From assembly GCA_002350845.1 (NCBI GenBank), contig DEFL01000013.1, forward strand, positions 4,430 through 68,429: a DNA stretch of 64,000 nt, written 5' to 3'. The translations under genes were made by a program, and so were the position numbers. Shown piece by piece: positions 43,916-53,257 of the stretch. Position 1 is the first letter of the stretch; each line of letters opens with the position of its first letter. A model generated the notes under the pieces. It was not told the DNA's origin, did no database searches, and worked only from the letters and a program-made list of their open reading frames with translations. The DNA comes from Christensenella sp. UBA2853 (GTDB lineage: Bacteria; Bacillota; Clostridia; Christensenellales; Aristaeellaceae).

Positions 43916-46291
43916 TCATCCGAGTGTAAACGCAACCGTCCGCTCCTCAAACCCTTCCACCCGGATCTTCAGTGTGATCGAACCTTTCTCGTGTCTGGCC
44001 CGCAGAATCAGCAGCATATGTCCGTTATGCATGGGCATCTGCTGCACATGAAATCCGCTCTCAGACCATGCATTCCCGTTGTCCATCCGGACCTCGCATG
44101 CAGCCCCTTCCTTCTCCCAGCACACCATGCGGTCGTCCAGCTCAAAACGAATGCCGTGGGCATCTTCCAATGTCAGATCAATCAGTGCCACACTGTGCCC
44201 GTCTGCAGGAAGTTCTGTCCTGTCCGTGGACACCGTCAGATGGTCGGCTGTATGCTCTGAATACAGGATGTCTTCTGCCACTTTGAGACCGCAGCGGTAG
44301 CCTTCAGCACGAAGTGTGCCGGGAATATAGGGAAGATGGAAATGCACCATTCCATCCGGATAATCAGCCAGATACGCGGTTCGGACTGTCTGACTGTTCT
44401 GATACAGTTTCACCGTATCACAGTTGGTCATGGCGGCCACATGAAGCACTTTCTCAAACTGGGTGTATTTCCAGTGCCTGCGCATCTGCGGGAATCCCCA
44501 CATTCCGCGGCAGCCATCCCATGGCTCCGTTTCATCATACACGGCCAGTTTCAGCACCGGCTCCTGCGTCCACTGCGAGGTGCAGTACCAGGCCCTTGTC
44601 TTGACATCGCCCGTGGAATCCAGGAGATCGCCGGTCCACCCGCGCACCGGCCAGAAAGGCGCCTCCCCGAGGTAATCAATGCCTGCCCATACCAGTGAGC
44701 CGCACACCCAGTCATGCTTTTTCGCAATGGCATAAGGTGATTCTTCTTTCAGCGTGACGCTGTCCTGGAACCGGTCATCATGACGGTAATACATGGCGAC
44801 CTCTGTCCCTAGAATCGGCTTGCGCATGCCGCTTTCCCGGAGTTTCTCGTAATAATGCTCCATGTAATTGCATGAGAAGACGTCCACAATCTCTGCATAC
44901 CGCCGGGCTACAGCAAGACGCTTTCCAAGCGGTGTTGTATCGTTGTATTCTTTCATGATGAACATGACCAGCACCGCGGTGACGGCCCTTGTGGGGTCCA
45001 GCTTTCTTGTCAGGTCACACAGTTCTTTCAGGCAGCGGAAAAACTGCTCCGAGTACTGACCGCCGACTTCATTGCCCACGCTCCACAGCACAACGCACGG
45101 GTGATTGGCATCCCTGCGGATCATGGCTTCCAGATCCTGCTCATGCCACTGTTCATAGAGGGCATCGAAGTACATGCCGCTTCCGATCCATTTGTCGTAC
45201 ACTTCATCCACAACCAGGAAACCCATTTCGTCACAGAGATCATACATTTCTTCAGCCATGGGATTGTGCGATGCACGGATCGTATTGACGCCCAGCGATT
45301 TGAGTGTCTCAAGCCGTCTTTTCCAGATTTCAAGCGGCACAGCCGCACCGACAGCGCCACCGTCGTGATGCAGATTGACGCCGAACATTTTTGTTTTCAC
45401 GCCGTTGAGCACAAACCCATCTTCCTCGTCAAACACCGCAGACCGAACGCCAAAGCGTACTCTATGTGCATCCAGAACCTGATCCTTTTTGACAAGACAG
45501 ATCTCCAGCGAATACAAAACCGGTGCTTCTGTCGTCCAAAGCAGCGGCTTTTGCATGAGGAAATCAAACAATACTTCTGCATCCGCAGGTTTCTCGTCCG
45601 TATAGACGCAATCCCCGCGGCTGTCCCGGATTTCCATGCGCAGGGATACATCGTGAGATGCATGTTCTACCTCTGCTGTGACCGTGACATGCGCCTGATC
45701 GCAGCGAATGCCTTCCACATCCGGGACGTCACCCTTTGGGCCATGATTGATGGGTGAAGCCACCACACGAACCCCGTCGTGTGCAATGCGGCATTCGTCC
45801 TGCACCAGCAGCCACACATTTCTGTAGATGCCCGCACCGGAATACCAGCGGTCGCCGCCATGCCCATACCACTTGCCGTCTGAAGGATCCGTGTTGTCCA
45901 CGCGCACGGCAAGCACATTGTCCTCCCCATAGCGCAGTCCCCCGGTCAGATCGCAAAGGAAAGGAACATAGCCATACGGTCTTCCACCCACTTCCTGGTC
46001 ATTCAGGAATACACTGGAAAAGTGCTGGACGCCGTCAAACAGCACACGGACCGTTTTCCCCTGCCAGGAGGGATCCGGGGTGAAATGAAGCCGATACACT
46101 CCAACCTGCTCACGTGGAAAGAACCCCTGACTGGGCAGTCCTCCTTTGGTGCGAGGCTGATCAATCTGCCAGTCATGCGGCAAGTCAACCACGTTCCAGT
46201 CATCATCCTGAAATGACCTGTACACAGCCTGCCTATCGTCCGTCAGGCTGAATTTCCATCCATCCGTGAACACAATTCGATTTTTCTCCAT
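43916..46291 (-). CDS. Glycoside hydrolase family 2 (beta-galactosidase/beta-glucuronidase-like), 791 aa
   Basis: GH2 N-terminal sugar-binding pattern (DWNVVDLPHDW), NTIRASHNP, WSVGNE catalytic region. Confidence 0.85.
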   Translation of the reverse strand: MEKNRIVFTDGWKFSLTDDRQAVYRSFQDDDWNVVDLPHDWQIDQPRTKGGLPSQGFFPREQVGVYRLHFTPDPSWQGKTVRVLFDGVQHFSSVFLNDQEVGGRPYGYVPFLCDLTGGLRYGEDNVLAVRVDNTDPSDGKWYGHGGDRWYSGAGIYRNVWLLVQDECRIAHDGVRVVASPINHGPKGDVPDVEGIRCDQAHVTVTAEVEHASHDVSLRMEIRDSRGDCVYTDEKPADAEVLFDFLMQKPLLWTTEAPVLYSLEICLVKKDQVLDAHRVRFGVRSAVFDEEDGFVLNGVKTKMFGVNLHHDGGAVGAAVPLEIWKRRLETLKSLGVNTIRASHNPMAEEMYDLCDEMGFLVVDEVYDKWIGSGMYFDALYEQWHEQDLEAMIRRDANHPCVVLWSVGNEVGGQYSEQFFRCLKELCDLTRKLDPTRAVTAVLVMFIMKEYNDTTPLGKRLAVARRYAEIVDVFSCNYMEHYYEKLRESGMRKPILGTEVAMYYRHDDRFQDSVTLKEESPYAIAKKHDWVCGSLVWAGIDYLGEAPFWPVRGWTGDLLDSTGDVKTRAWYCTSQWTQEPVLKLAVYDETEPWDGCRGMWGFPQMRRHWKYTQFEKVLHVAAMTNCDTVKLYQNSQTVRTAYLADYPDGMVHFHLPYIPGTLRAEGYRCGLKVAEDILYSEHTADHLTVSTDRTELPADGHSVALIDLTLEDAHGIRFELDDRMVCWEKEGAACEVRMDNGNAWSESGFHVQQMPMHNGHMLLILRARHEKGSITLKIRVEGFEERTVAFTLG

Positions 46292-46745
46292 GAGTCATCC
46301 CCTGCCTTCCTTATGCTGTGAAACCTCTGATTTCCTGACTTTGTGGTGCCTGAGGCATCTCCACTGCGCATTCCCGCAGATTGCTTTTCTCACTGAAGAA
46401 CCTTTTCAATTCGATTCATTGTAAGAAAAAAGGCATGCGAAAACAAGAGACACAAATCACCGTTTTCGTCCTGCCCTGAACAATCGCCCGATGAGCCGTA
46501 TCCCGCACGCTCTTTACCAGGCATTTCTCTGTGTGTGCCTTGCAATCAAAGGGCACATGGCTATATAATACTTTAGAACAGATATTTGTGCATCTTTTTT
46601 TGCGTTATTGGCATATCATCTGTCCGATATGCAGCATTCTGCAACTGCAGCCAGTGCTCCGGATGTCTGGACAATACAGATCGATGCTTTTCTGTGCGTG
46701 ATGCGTTTCCCGGGGAATTGATCAAAGAGAAAGTGAGGCCATGTG

Positions 46746-48449
46746 ATGCGTAAGCGATCCATTCGTAAGAAATCGGTACGAACCATCGTATTCAGCTGTT
46801 TTGCCCTTGGCCTTACTACGCTGCTGATTGGACTGGTCATTTATACGACATCCCTGGTACAGCAGTATGTGCGGCACGCGTTTGGTATCGCAAGTCATGC
46901 CGCCATGAATGCAACCTATGCGTCGATGAATGCACATCACGGTGTGGACTCTGCCCCGATCTCACACCAGGTCATGACCATCTACAGAGGACTCTCACCC
47001 CAGGACCGGGCGAAGATGGGCACGGTCGAGTATCGCCGACTTTTTTCTTCCATCGATACAATTCCCAAAAGCGGAAGTTCATGGGACAGGCTGACACACA
47101 TGCTCAACACGTTTGTGATTGAAGTCGATGATGTCTATATCGCCATGTATGATGAAGCCACTTCCGCTCTGGTCTATATCGCCGATGCATCGGCTGACAG
47201 CCGCATGTACCCCGGCGACTGGGAGGCTGTCAGCCAGAATGAAGTGCAGAAATTCCTGAACTGGAAAGGTCCGGAAATGCTGTACGATATCGACAGGACG
47301 GAAAAATACGGCTGGCTTTGCACCGCGGGCTATCCGCTCCGGGACGGAAACGGCAAAGTCTTCGCTTTTCTGATGGTCGATGTCTCCGTCGACAACATCA
47401 TCGGCGATATGCTCGATTTCTCCCTGAAGGTGACCATCGGCATCCTCCTGCTGACCTTCATCATTGCCTGGCTGGGCAGCCGGCGCATCAAGAAAGGCAT
47501 TGCGGATCCGATTGATGCCATTGCCAATGCCGCCATGGATTACGTTCAGGGCAGGAATGAAGGAACGGACAGACATTATTTCAGCGAGCTGAATCTGAAA
47601 ACCAATAATGAACTTGAGGACCTCAGCCATGTCATGGCTGATATGGAGATCAGCCTCGCCAGTCATGAGGAGCACATCCGCACCATTACGGCAGAAAAGG
47701 AAAGAATCAATACGGAACTGAGCATGGCGCAGAGAATCCAGGCCGCCATGATGCCGCATGTCTTCCCGCCTTTTCCCGACCGAAAGGAATTCGATCTTTA
47801 CGCACTCATGCATCCGGCCAGGGAGGTCGGCGGTGACTTTTACGATTTCTTCCTGATTGACCAGGATCATCTGGCGCTGGTTATCGCGGATGTGAGCGGT
47901 AAAGGCATCCCCGCTGCACTCTTTATGATGATTTCCAAAATCATCCTGCAGAGCTGCGCCATGCTGGGAAAAAGCGCCGGTGAGATCCTCACCAAAACCA
48001 ACGATGCCCTGTGTTCAAACAATCAGGTGCAGATGTTTGTGACCGTTTGGCTGGGCATTCTGGAAATCTCCACCGGAAAAATGACCTGCGCAAACGCCGG
48101 TCACGAATATCCTGCTCTGTATTCCGCAACTCAGGGTAACTTCACACTCTTCAAAGACAAACACGGCCTGGTGATTGGCGGTCTTCCGGATATTCATTAT
48201 CGTGAGTATGAGATTCAGCTGAAGAAGAACGATGTGCTGTTTGTTTATACAGACGGTGTCCCTGAGGCAACAAACGAAGAGCTGAACATGTTCGGTACCG
48301 ACCGAATGCTCGAAGTGCTCAATGCCTCTTCCCAGCAGTCCACAACAGAAATCCTTGAATCCGTTGATCGGTCGGTCAAGCAGTTTGTCGGTCCCGCTGA
48401 ACAGTTCGATGATCTGACCATGCTATGCCTTCGATACAACGGTATATAA
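46746..48449 (+). CDS. Membrane sensor PP2C phosphatase (extracytoplasmic domain, HAMP, SpoIIE/PP2C), about 567 aa
   Basis: Two TM helices flanking a 190-aa sensor domain; HAMP-like linker; AREVGGDFYDF, IADVSGKGIPAALFMM, DGVPEA and FDDLT motifs. Confidence 0.85.
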   Translation: MRKRSIRKKSVRTIVFSCFALGLTTLLIGLVIYTTSLVQQYVRHAFGIASHAAMNATYASMNAHHGVDSAPISHQVMTIYRGLSPQDRAKMGTVEYRRLFSSIDTIPKSGSSWDRLTHMLNTFVIEVDDVYIAMYDEATSALVYIADASADSRMYPGDWEAVSQNEVQKFLNWKGPEMLYDIDRTEKYGWLCTAGYPLRDGNGKVFAFLMVDVSVDNIIGDMLDFSLKVTIGILLLTFIIAWLGSRRIKKGIADPIDAIANAAMDYVQGRNEGTDRHYFSELNLKTNNELEDLSHVMADMEISLASHEEHIRTITAEKERINTELSMAQRIQAAMMPHVFPPFPDRKEFDLYALMHPAREVGGDFYDFFLIDQDHLALVIADVSGKGIPAALFMMISKIILQSCAMLGKSAGEILTKTNDALCSNNQVQMFVTVWLGILEISTGKMTCANAGHEYPALYSATQGNFTLFKDKHGLVIGGLPDIHYREYEIQLKKNDVLFVYTDGVPEATNEELNMFGTDRMLEVLNASSQQSTTEILESVDRSVKQFVGPAEQFDDLTMLCLRYNGI

Positions 48450-48465
48450 TGTCATTCTTCCTTAT

Positions 48466-48493
48466 ACAAAAGCCCCCGGCGCTTGCCGGGGGG
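48466..48493. terminator. Hairpin terminator between the convergent PP2C gene and the Feo operon
   Basis: CCCCCGGC-gctt-GCCGGGGG; T-run (CTTTTGT) on the minus-strand side. Confidence 0.7.
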
Positions 48494-48537
48494 GTTCCTT
48501 ATCTTCTGAAGCTTTTCCATCTGAAATCTGTTGATTC

Positions 48538-48912
48538 TCAGGGATGTACAGTTTCGTATCGGGTGACAATATACCCCGCCCTGCGCACAGCCTCGCGGAT
48601 GGCATGTTCATCGGGAACGCTTCTGCACAGAACCTTCGCACTGTGATCGCCGATGGAAACAGATGCCCAGATCCCTTCCATGCTGTTCAGCGCATTCTCT
48701 GTTTTCCGCGCGCAGTTTTCGCAGGTCATGCCGTCAATCCGAAGGGAAACGGCATAAGGGTAATGTGCCCTGTTGCGGTCAGAAGCACGGATTCTTTTCT
48801 CGGTTGTCTCATGTTCTCCGCAGCAGCCGCCCCCTTTTCTTGCTTTTTTGAGCATCTGCCATGCAGCCCATGCAAGAATCAGAACCAGGCCAGCGATCAG
48901 CACAATATTCAT
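48538..48912 (-). CDS. FeoB-associated Cys-rich-like membrane anchor fused to a heavy-metal-associated (HMA) domain, about 124 aa
   Basis: N-terminal TM plus GGGCCG, then GMTCENC HMA motif; ATG at 48912 after GAGGAG. Confidence 0.7.
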   Translation of the reverse strand: MNIVLIAGLVLILAWAAWQMLKKARKGGGCCGEHETTEKRIRASDRNRAHYPYAVSLRIDGMTCENCARKTENALNSMEGIWASVSIGDHSAKVLCRSVPDEHAIREAVRRAGYIVTRYETVHP

Positions 48913-48916
48913 GTCT

Positions 48917-49078
48917 TTACTCCTCTTTTGTCCGGTTGCAGTGGTAACTGCAGGAAGCACAATCACAGCCGCAGGAAAGGCATCCCTTTCCGTTTTTCCT
49001 GTCTTTCCTGATCTTATTCAAGGCCAGGCAGACCACTGCACCAATGAGCAGCAGAAGAACAATATCCAGTGTATTCAT
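48917..49078 (-). CDS. FeoB-associated Cys-rich membrane protein, 53 aa (below the ORF-track cutoff)
   Basis: My translation: MNTLDIVLLLLIGAVVCLALNKIRKDRKNGKGCLSCGCDCASCSYHCNRTKEE; starts 4 nt after the feoB stop. Confidence 0.7.
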   Translation of the reverse strand: MNTLDIVLLLLIGAVVCLALNKIRKDRKNGKGCLSCGCDCASCSYHCNRTKEE

Positions 49079-49082
49079 ATGC

Positions 49083-51446
49083 TTACCCCAAACCAAACAT
49101 CATGCAGGCCAGCCGGGCAAGCAGTGCTGCCACCCATGCGATCAGGCACTGCCATGCGATAAGACCCACCGCCCATTTTCCGCCAAGCTCGCGCTTGATG
49201 GAGGCGACCGCAGCCACACACGGCGTATACAGCAGGCTGAACACCAGAATCACCACGGCTGTGCCTGAGCTGATGAGCTGCGTCACGCTGTTTGCGGTAC
49301 CAAAGAACATCTGCAGGACGGAGACAACACTTTCCTTGGCCATAAAGCCGCTGATAAACGATGTGACAATACGCCAGTCTCCCAGTCCGACGGGCTGAAA
49401 CAGAGGAACCAGAAATCCTGCGATTCCTGCCAGAATGCTCCTGCTCTCTTCTGCTTCGGACACCATATTGAACTGAAAATCAAAGCTTTTCAGGAACCAT
49501 ACAACAATGGTTGCAACCAGGATAACGGAAAAAGCGCGCTGCAGGAAGTCCTTCGCCTTATCCCACAGCAGCTGAAGCACGCTCCGGGGACTCGGCATGC
49601 GGTAATTGGGAAGCTCCATCACGAATGGAACCGCCTCTCCCTTGAACAGGGTGCTCTTGAAGAGCAGCGCGACCAGAATGGCTGTTACGATTCCAAGGAG
49701 ATACAGCAGGGTCATGACCAGCCATCCCTGATTCGGGAAAAATGCATCGACAAAGAATCCATAGATGGGCAGCTTGGCCGTACAGCTCATAAAGGGTGTC
49801 AGAAGGATCGTCATCTTGCGGTCCCGTTCACTGGGAAGTGTACGGGTGGACATGACTGCCGGCACTGTGCAGCCAAAGCCGATGAGCATTGGAACAATGC
49901 TCCGGCCGGACAGGCCGATTCGCCGCAGCAGTTTGTCCATAAAAAACGCCACGCGCGCAATGTAACCGCTGTCTTCCAGAATGGAAAGGAAGAAGAACAT
50001 AGTTACAATGATCGGAAGGAAGCTGAGCACACTGCCGACACCTTCAAAGATACCTTTGACAATCAGGTCATGAATTGCCGGATTGACATTCCCCGCTGTG
50101 AGCGCACCATCCACGACCTCGGTCAGCCACCCGATACCCCTGCCCAGCAGTTCCTGGAGCCAGGCACCGACCACTTCAAAGGTCAGAAAGAAGACGAGCG
50201 CCATAATCGCAATAAAGACCGGCAGGGCTGTAAACTTGCCCGTCAGGACATTGTCGATCTTCTGGCTTCGGATATGCTCCTTGCTCTCATGCGGTTTGGT
50301 AACACAGGCATCGCATACCCGGCGGATGAACTCAAAGCGCATCTCTGCCATGGCTGCACTGCGGTCAAGTCCCCGCTCCTTTTCCATCTGCTGAACGATA
50401 TGCCCCAGGATTTCCTTTTCATTCTCATCGAGTTCAAGCTGGTTGAGAATCAGGGCGTCATCCTCGATGAGTTTGCTTGCGGCAAAGCGCACGGGCAGCC
50501 CAACCCTGTCCGCATGATCCTCTATGAGATGAATCACTGCATGCAGACAGCGGTGCACTGCACCGCCATGGTCATTCGCATCGCAGAAATCCTGACGGAG
50601 CGGCTTTTCCTGATATTTGGCAACATGTACCGCATGCCGGACCAGTTCTTCAATGCCCTGGTTTTTCGCTGCAGAAATCGGCACTACCGGTGTACCAAGC
50701 ATTTCCTCCATCCGGTTGACGTCAATGGAACCGCCGTTTCCTCTGACCTCATCCATCATGTTCAGCGCAATCACCATGGGCACGCCGGTCTCAAGAAGCT
50801 GCATGGTCAGATACAGGTTGCGCTCGATATTATTGGCATCCACAATGTTAATGATGGCCTTTGGCTTTTCATTGAGCACATAATTCCGTGAGACCACTTC
50901 CTCACTGGAATAGGGAGACATCGAATAGATGCCGGGCAGGTCTGTTATGGAGGTATTGCTCTGTCCGCGAATGGCCCCATCCTTGCGGTCCACGGTCACC
51001 CCGGGGAAGTTGCCTACATGCTGATTGGAACCAGTCAGCTGATTAAACAGTGTGGTTTTTCCACTGTTCTGATTTCCGACAAGCGCAAAGGTCAGCTGCG
51101 TCTCGTCTGGAAGCGGAACCGGGTTTTCCCGGCGGTGTGCTTCATTCACTTCGCCCAGTCCGGGATGTTCAGCCTCCTTCTTCCGGCTGTGTCCCTGCTC
51201 CGGCCGTTTGGAGCCTTCCACCGGTGTTACTGTGATCTTTTCAGCATCTGCAAGGCGCAGCGTCAGTTCATATCCATGAATCCGCAGTTCCATGGGATCG
51301 CCCATCGGTGCGAGCTTCATCAGTGTGATTTCCGCACCGGGAATGACGCCCATATCCAGAAAATGCTGCCGAAGCGCGCCTTCCCCGCCTACCGATTCAA
51401 TCTGCGCACTTTGCCCGGTCTTCAAATCTTTGAGTGTCACTGTCAT
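49083..51446 (-). CDS. feoB: Ferrous iron transporter, FeoA-FeoB fusion, 787 aa
   Basis: N-terminal FeoA SH3-like domain (LKTGQSAQIESV...MGVIPGAEI), G-domain GNQNSGKTTLFN, DLPG, polytopic C-terminus. The start may instead be the GTG two codons downstream, because the RBS abuts the ATG. Confidence 0.9.
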   Translation of the reverse strand: MTVTLKDLKTGQSAQIESVGGEGALRQHFLDMGVIPGAEITLMKLAPMGDPMELRIHGYELTLRLADAEKITVTPVEGSKRPEQGHSRKKEAEHPGLGEVNEAHRRENPVPLPDETQLTFALVGNQNSGKTTLFNQLTGSNQHVGNFPGVTVDRKDGAIRGQSNTSITDLPGIYSMSPYSSEEVVSRNYVLNEKPKAIINIVDANNIERNLYLTMQLLETGVPMVIALNMMDEVRGNGGSIDVNRMEEMLGTPVVPISAAKNQGIEELVRHAVHVAKYQEKPLRQDFCDANDHGGAVHRCLHAVIHLIEDHADRVGLPVRFAASKLIEDDALILNQLELDENEKEILGHIVQQMEKERGLDRSAAMAEMRFEFIRRVCDACVTKPHESKEHIRSQKIDNVLTGKFTALPVFIAIMALVFFLTFEVVGAWLQELLGRGIGWLTEVVDGALTAGNVNPAIHDLIVKGIFEGVGSVLSFLPIIVTMFFFLSILEDSGYIARVAFFMDKLLRRIGLSGRSIVPMLIGFGCTVPAVMSTRTLPSERDRKMTILLTPFMSCTAKLPIYGFFVDAFFPNQGWLVMTLLYLLGIVTAILVALLFKSTLFKGEAVPFVMELPNYRMPSPRSVLQLLWDKAKDFLQRAFSVILVATIVVWFLKSFDFQFNMVSEAEESRSILAGIAGFLVPLFQPVGLGDWRIVTSFISGFMAKESVVSVLQMFFGTANSVTQLISSGTAVVILVFSLLYTPCVAAVASIKRELGGKWAVGLIAWQCLIAWVAALLARLACMMFGLG

Positions 51447-51517
51447 GCTCCTTTGTTTTCAGTGCTCTGATTTCCTGCCACCCGCAAGTCATGCAGCGTC
51501 CGTTCTGCCTTCTTCGC

Positions 51518-52378
51518 CTATTTTCTCGCAGGTCTGGGAAATCGGTTCATCTGTTCATCTGTCAGTCCGAGAATGCCTCCCAACTGGCGGATGGCAATCC
51601 TGTCATCCTGCAGGAACATTTCCTGGCTGGGCACTATATCATAGCAGAAATTTCCGATCATGTCTGCACTGTATCCATATTTTTCCCGGTACTGTTCAGC
51701 CAGTGCATTGTACAGCACCTGTGCCCATTTCTGATGATAGGAGGAAGTCACCAGGGTCATGGACGCAATGCCCTTCTCCCGGAGAATGGCCAGTGTGTTC
51801 ACAGCGTTTTCCACTGTGGTTTTGGCTCTTTCATCGATCAGAATTCTGTCCTCGGGAATGCCGCACGGACCTGAGAGGTAGGCTTTCATCAGCCCCGCCT
51901 CCGTATGCCTGTCGGGATTGTTCTTCCCGGTAGCACCGCCTGAACAGACCAGAATGGAGTCCGGAAAGGCTGCGGCAGCGCATGCGGCCGCTTCACATCT
52001 TCCCTTCAGTTCGTCGGTCATTTCCCCGTTTTCCAGCTCATATCCCAGCACAATAAACGCATGTGCCCGGGAAACAGGGATCTGGTCAGGGTCATCCCTG
52101 CCATAAAGAAGCAGCTGATAATCAGGATTGAGGTAAACACTTTTCCAGTGCTCGGCAATTGCATAGGCCATGTCTTCCCCGATTGCCTGGACATCAGCAT
52201 CAATGCGCGCAGCGTCTTTCCCTTCTTCATACGCTTCGAGCATATCCAGCAGAAGCGTGCCATAGTTGATCTGTTGCGCTGCCCATGCACACAAGGGCGT
52301 AATACACAAAAGCAGTATACATACAGTCCAAAAAGCACAGAATCGCTTCATTGCTGTCTGCTTTCTCCCGCTGTCCAT
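51518..52378 (-). CDS. Secreted/anchored DUF218 (YdcF/ElyC) family protein, about 286 aa
   Basis: CSGGATGKNNPDRHTEAGLMKAYL...ERAKTTVENA and SSYHQKW motifs; signal peptide MKRFCAFWTVCILLLCITPLCAWA; the start is uncertain (52351, 52378 or 52384). Confidence 0.7.
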   Translation of the reverse strand: MDSGRKQTAMKRFCAFWTVCILLLCITPLCAWAAQQINYGTLLLDMLEAYEEGKDAARIDADVQAIGEDMAYAIAEHWKSVYLNPDYQLLLYGRDDPDQIPVSRAHAFIVLGYELENGEMTDELKGRCEAAACAAAAFPDSILVCSGGATGKNNPDRHTEAGLMKAYLSGPCGIPEDRILIDERAKTTVENAVNTLAILREKGIASMTLVTSSYHQKWAQVLYNALAEQYREKYGYSADMIGNFCYDIVPSQEMFLQDDRIAIRQLGGILGLTDEQMNRFPRPARK

Positions 52379-52504
52379 CCTCATATCCCCCTTCGTACAC
52401 ACATTGTCCTCCCCATGCTTTGCATTCAAGGCAGCAAAACACAGGGAGGACAAAGCAGCTATAGTTTCATGGTATTTCGTCCTGAGACCTTTTCTCTCAG
52501 CACA

Positions 52505-52810
52505 TCATTCAATCGTCAGAATATCGGCAAAACCGGTGACTTCAAAGACTTCCTGCACCACTTCATTGACATGCAGCACTTTCATGCCGCCTTTTTTCAC
52601 CATGTTCTTGTGGGCCGCAAGAAGCACACGCAGGCCGGCAGAGGAGATATATTCAAGATTGCTGAAATCCAGGGTCAGGCTTTCTGCGCCGCCGAGGGAT
52701 TTGCTGAGTTCTGTTTCCAGTTCGGGCGCGGTCATCGTATCCAGACGTCCTTCGAGTGCAATGGTCATATTTCCGCCGTTCAGAGTCTTGGTCATTTTCA
52801 TAGTGGTCAA
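52505..52810 (-). CDS. STAS-domain anti-sigma-factor antagonist, 101 aa (paralog of 23802-24098)
   Basis: EYISSAGLRVLL motif; about 78% identical to the other STAS protein over 91 residues (hand count). Confidence 0.9.
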   Translation of the reverse strand: MTTMKMTKTLNGGNMTIALEGRLDTMTAPELETELSKSLGGAESLTLDFSNLEYISSAGLRVLLAAHKNMVKKGGMKVLHVNEVVQEVFEVTGFADILTIE

Positions 52811-52849
52811 CTCTCCTTTTTTTCTTTCGCGTCTATTCTTTCACTGGTT

Positions 52850-53257
52850 TCAGATCTTTTTGCGGATGGTCAGTATGTTTTTCCCGTTTTCATAGCGGTA
52901 TTCCATCTGATCCATGGTCTTTCGAACAAGAAAGATACCCAGTCCTCCGACTTCCCGCTCATGACTTGGTGCGGTCACGTCCGGGTCCTGCCGTGATAAC
53001 GGATTGAATGGAACCCCGCTGTCGATAAAGGTGACCGATGCCATCCGGGTGGATTCATCAAACTCAAAGCGCACGGTCGCTTCACCGACATCAGGCGCAT
53101 ATGCATAGCGTGAGATATTGCAGAACATTTCATCAATGGCAACATCCATCTGCATCTGCGGCTTCATCGGACAGTCCAGAGCCTCCAGCTGTTCATCAAT
53201 GAACGCTGTGACTCTGGGGATGTTTTCAATCTGCGCCTGCAGTGTCAATTCCTTCAA
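52850..53257 (-). CDS. RsbW/SpoIIAB-type GHKL serine kinase, 135 aa (paralog of 22697-23110)
   Basis: AIDEMFCNISRYAY, DSGVPFNP, VGGLGIFLVRK; TTG start overlapping the PP2C stop (TTGA). Confidence 0.85.
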   Translation of the reverse strand: MKELTLQAQIENIPRVTAFIDEQLEALDCPMKPQMQMDVAIDEMFCNISRYAYAPDVGEATVRFEFDESTRMASVTFIDSGVPFNPLSRQDPDVTAPSHEREVGGLGIFLVRKTMDQMEYRYENGKNILTIRKKI

